Positions 61,582-64,000 of a stretch of DNA of 64,000 bases are shown in pieces. The notes under the pieces are model-generated. The model was not told the origin of the DNA. It searched no databases and saw only the letters and a program-made list of their open reading frames with translations. A program made the position numbers and the translations under genes. Every line of letters starts with the position of its first letter. Within the stretch, counting starts at the first letter, position 1. Source of the stretch: an uncultured Pelagibacteraceae bacterium (GTDB taxonomy: Bacteria > Pseudomonadota > Alphaproteobacteria > Pelagibacterales > Pelagibacteraceae); NCBI GenBank assembly GCA_902592275.1, contig CACJDW010000001.1:47175-111174 (forward strand), given 5' to 3'.

Positions 61582-62472
61582 ATGAATATAAAAAATGTTT
61601 ATATTTTAGATGACAGAGCAATTCTTTATATTAATGGAGAAGATGCAAAAGAATTTCTTCAAAATCTAATTAGCAACGACATAAACAAAGTAAGCGATGT
61701 AAATAGTTGTTTTAGTTCATTACTTACACCTCAAGGTAAATTTTTATATGAATTTATAATCGTAAAACATAAGTCTGGATATCTTTTGGATTGTGAAAAA
61801 CCTCAGGCAGAGGAGTTATTCAAACAATTATCCTTGTATAAACTTAGATCAAAAGTTGAAATTCTAAATTTAAGTAATGAATTTGTTGTAGCAGCATTTT
61901 CTCATGAAAAATTCTTAACTTTTGATGAAGCAAAAGATCAACCTGGATACACAATTAAATATAGAGAAGATCCAATATTTTTAGATCCAAGAAACAAGTA
62001 TTTGGGTGCTAGATTAATTATTAATTTAGAAAAACTTTATTTATCTTTAAAAAAACTAGATCTTCAGGATGCAAACCTGAATGAATATTATTCATTAAGT
62101 CATAGCCTTGGAATAGTTCCAAAAGATTTAAATAAATTGAAAGACAAATTGTTTGGTATTGAATGTAATTTTGAGGAATTAAATGGAATTGATTTTAAGA
62201 AAGGCTGTTATGTTGGACAAGAAAATACAGCGAGAATTAAATTAAAGAACAAGCTTTCAAAAAGATTGTTTCCAATAAATGTAATTAATGGAAAACTACA
62301 CGAAGGTGAAAGTATTTATAATAATGAAATTGAAATAGGTAAGGTTTTGATTGATAGCGACTACCCTTTTGCATTAATTAAATACTTAAGCGAAAACTTT
62401 GATGAAAAAGCAAATTTTAAAACTAAAGGAGCTTCAATAAATATTAAAAAACCGGATTGGATAAAAAACTAA
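61582..62472 (+). CDS. ygfZ: Folate-binding Fe-S cluster repair protein YgfZ
   Basis: FLQ.L.SND, LTPQGK, YKLRSKV, KGCYVGQE. Confidence 0.9.
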   Translation: MNIKNVYILDDRAILYINGEDAKEFLQNLISNDINKVSDVNSCFSSLLTPQGKFLYEFIIVKHKSGYLLDCEKPQAEELFKQLSLYKLRSKVEILNLSNEFVVAAFSHEKFLTFDEAKDQPGYTIKYREDPIFLDPRNKYLGARLIINLEKLYLSLKKLDLQDANLNEYYSLSHSLGIVPKDLNKLKDKLFGIECNFEELNGIDFKKGCYVGQENTARIKLKNKLSKRLFPINVINGKLHEGESIYNNEIEIGKVLIDSDYPFALIKYLSENFDEKANFKTKGASINIKKPDWIKN

Positions 62473-62477
62473 TTTTC

Positions 62478-62639
62478 TTATTTAAATAAATAAACAACCA
62501 TTAAAATTATTAAAACTATAATAATCCAAATACTGAGATTTTTAAGAAATTGCTTTAAATGAGAATTTGATTGTAAAAAACTTGGAAGAACTAAAAGCAA
62601 AACCCCAACCATAAATATTACTGAAAGTAATTTATCCAT
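62478..62639 (-). CDS. Small two-TM membrane protein (53 aa)
   Basis: Manual translation MDKLLSVIFMVGVLLLVLPSFLQSNSHLKQFLKNLSIWIIIVLIILMVVYLFK; AGGAG SD upstream; lies just downstream of the tRNA. Confidence 0.65.
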   Translation of the reverse strand: MDKLLSVIFMVGVLLLVLPSFLQSNSHLKQFLKNLSIWIIIVLIILMVVYLFK

Positions 62640-62665
62640 CAAAAACTCCTATATAAAATTCATTT

Positions 62666-62751
62666 TGGTGCGGTCGGAGAGACTCGAACTCTCATGGACT
62701 AAGTCCACACGGCCCTCAACCGTGCCTGTCTACCAATTTCAGCACGACCGC
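62666..62751 (-). tRNA. tRNA-Leu(GAG)
   Basis: GCGGTCG acceptor stem, D-loop TGGTAGAC, anticodon arm CACGG-TTGAGGG-CCGTG, long variable arm, GTTCGAG T-loop, encoded CCA. Confidence 0.95.
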
Positions 62752-62806
62752 GATATGTCCCATAATAAATGAATGACAATCATGATTCAAATTGGTAAAA
62801 ATCCTT

Positions 62807-63796
62807 ATGGAATTTACACAAGAAGTGCGTAAAGCAACAGATCCTATTTATCAAAAAATTTCTAAGGTCATACCTGAAATTGAATGGTCTGTGCATGCTC
62901 CATACATTCATAAAATTAATAAATTAAAAAAAGAGAAGAATGCTGTAATTCTAGCTCACAATTATCAAACTCCAGAAATTTATCATGGAGTTGCAGATTT
63001 TTCCGCAGACTCTCTTGCATTAGCAATTGAAGCCTCAAAAACTTCAGCTGATATTATTTTAATGGCTGGGGTACATTTCATGGCAGAAACTGCAAAATTA
63101 ATGAGCCCTAATAAAAAAGTTATTCTACCAGACATGGATGCTGGTTGTTCTCTATCATCATCAATTACTGGTAAAGATGTTAGGCTATTAAAAGAGAAAT
63201 ACCCAGGAGTACCTGTTGTATCTTATGTAAATACTTCTGCTGAAGTAAAAGCTGAAACAGATGTTTGTTGTACATCAGCAAATGCAGTTAAAATAGTTAA
63301 ATCACTTGGGGTAAAAAGAGTAATATTTTTACCTGATGATTACTTGGCTAAATATGTAGCTTCTCAAACTGATGTTGAAATTATTTCTTGGAAAGGAATT
63401 TGTGTTGTCCATGATCAATTTAATAAAAAAGAAATAGAGGATATAAGAAAAAATAATCCAGGAATTAAAATTATTGCACATCCAGAATGTCCTCCTGATG
63501 TAATTGAAGCAAGTGATTTTGCAGGATCAACATCTGGAATGATCAAATATGTAAAAGATAATCAACCAAAAAAAGTAATGATGGTTACTGAGTGCTCAAT
63601 GAGTGACAATATCCAGATAGAAAATCCAAATGTAGACTTTGTTAAACCATGTAATATGTGCCCTCACATGAAAAAAATTACACTTCCAAAGATATTAGAT
63701 TGTTTAGAAAATGAGACTGGTGAAATTATTATGGATAAAGAAACTATTGATAAAGCCAGAATATCTGTAGAAAGAATGGCAGCCATTGGCAGATAA
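62807..63796 (+). CDS. nadA: Quinolinate synthase
   Basis: [39 protein letters not shown]. Confidence 0.95.
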   Translation: MEFTQEVRKATDPIYQKISKVIPEIEWSVHAPYIHKINKLKKEKNAVILAHNYQTPEIYHGVADFSADSLALAIEASKTSADIILMAGVHFMAETAKLMSPNKKVILPDMDAGCSLSSSITGKDVRLLKEKYPGVPVVSYVNTSAEVKAETDVCCTSANAVKIVKSLGVKRVIFLPDDYLAKYVASQTDVEIISWKGICVVHDQFNKKEIEDIRKNNPGIKIIAHPECPPDVIEASDFAGSTSGMIKYVKDNQPKKVMMVTECSMSDNIQIENPNVDFVKPCNMCPHMKKITLPKILDCLENETGEIIMDKETIDKARISVERMAAIGR

Positions 63797-63800
63797 TTAA

Positions 63801-64000
63801 GTGTCAAAAATAAAATTAAGCAAAGAATTTATTAAAAGTACTGTTAAGCTAGCTTTAAACGAAGACCTTTATCCCTCAGGAGACATTACTTCGAGTCTAA
63901 TTAATAATGATAAAGTTGTGAATGTTAAATTAATTTCAAATCAAAATGCCATTGTTGGAGGGTTGTTATTTGCCAAACAAGCTTTTGCATTAATTGATGG
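63801..64000 (+). CDS. nadC: Nicotinate-nucleotide pyrophosphorylase (5' part only)
   Basis: GTG start, MSKIKLSKEFIKSTVKLALNEDLYPSGDITS: the AL.ED...GD.T motif; follows nadA. Confidence 0.8.
   Translation, partial: MSKIKLSKEFIKSTVKLALNEDLYPSGDITSSLINNDKVVNVKLISNQNAIVGGLLFAKQAFALID

Noticed and set aside
62666-62751. tRNA as an integration site for a genomic island or prophage
   Set aside because: No integrase, no duplicated tRNA 3' end seen, and the flanks are core genes (ygfZ, nadA)
1-64000. CRISPR arrays, IS elements, rRNA, phage or defence genes
   Set aside because: No regularly spaced repeats and no transposase, integrase, cas, rRNA-like or phage structural sequences were recognised

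Overview
AT-rich (roughly 30% GC by eye), very densely coded alphaproteobacterial chromosome segment. Gene content and style strongly suggest a SAR11/Candidatus Pelagibacter genome: tiny or overlapping intergenic spaces, proteorhodopsin with fdx/FNR/GST, a PotD-like osmolyte-binding protein and a CBS-less GuaB. Bases 1-25.4 kb form an osmolyte/methylated-amine uptake and catabolism region: two ABC importers, ectoine eutA/doeA, a butyrobetaine-hydroxylase-like enzyme, carnitine cdhABC, a TauD + PhnZ/TmpB-like HD oxygenase + betA unit, and a trigonelline(tgn)-like LLM monooxygenase cluster preceded by a candidate SD-sequestering RNA leader. Bases 25.4-41.6 kb are core genes (panB, guaAB, rlmE, pssA/psd, icd, alaS, recA, tolC). 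Next come LexA-boxed umuDC, a urease operon in which ureB, ureC and ureF each carry a net +1 frameshift in a slippery repeat, a DUF1800/DUF1501 pair, glycosyltransferases and dksA followed by two unannotated coupled microproteins. The window ends with desaturase-fdx-FNR-GST, a blue-type proteorhodopsin, prpE, pyrC, ygfZ, tRNA-Leu(GAG) and nadA/nadC. No CRISPR array, integrase or transposase was seen. All functional calls come from motif recognition without database searches.
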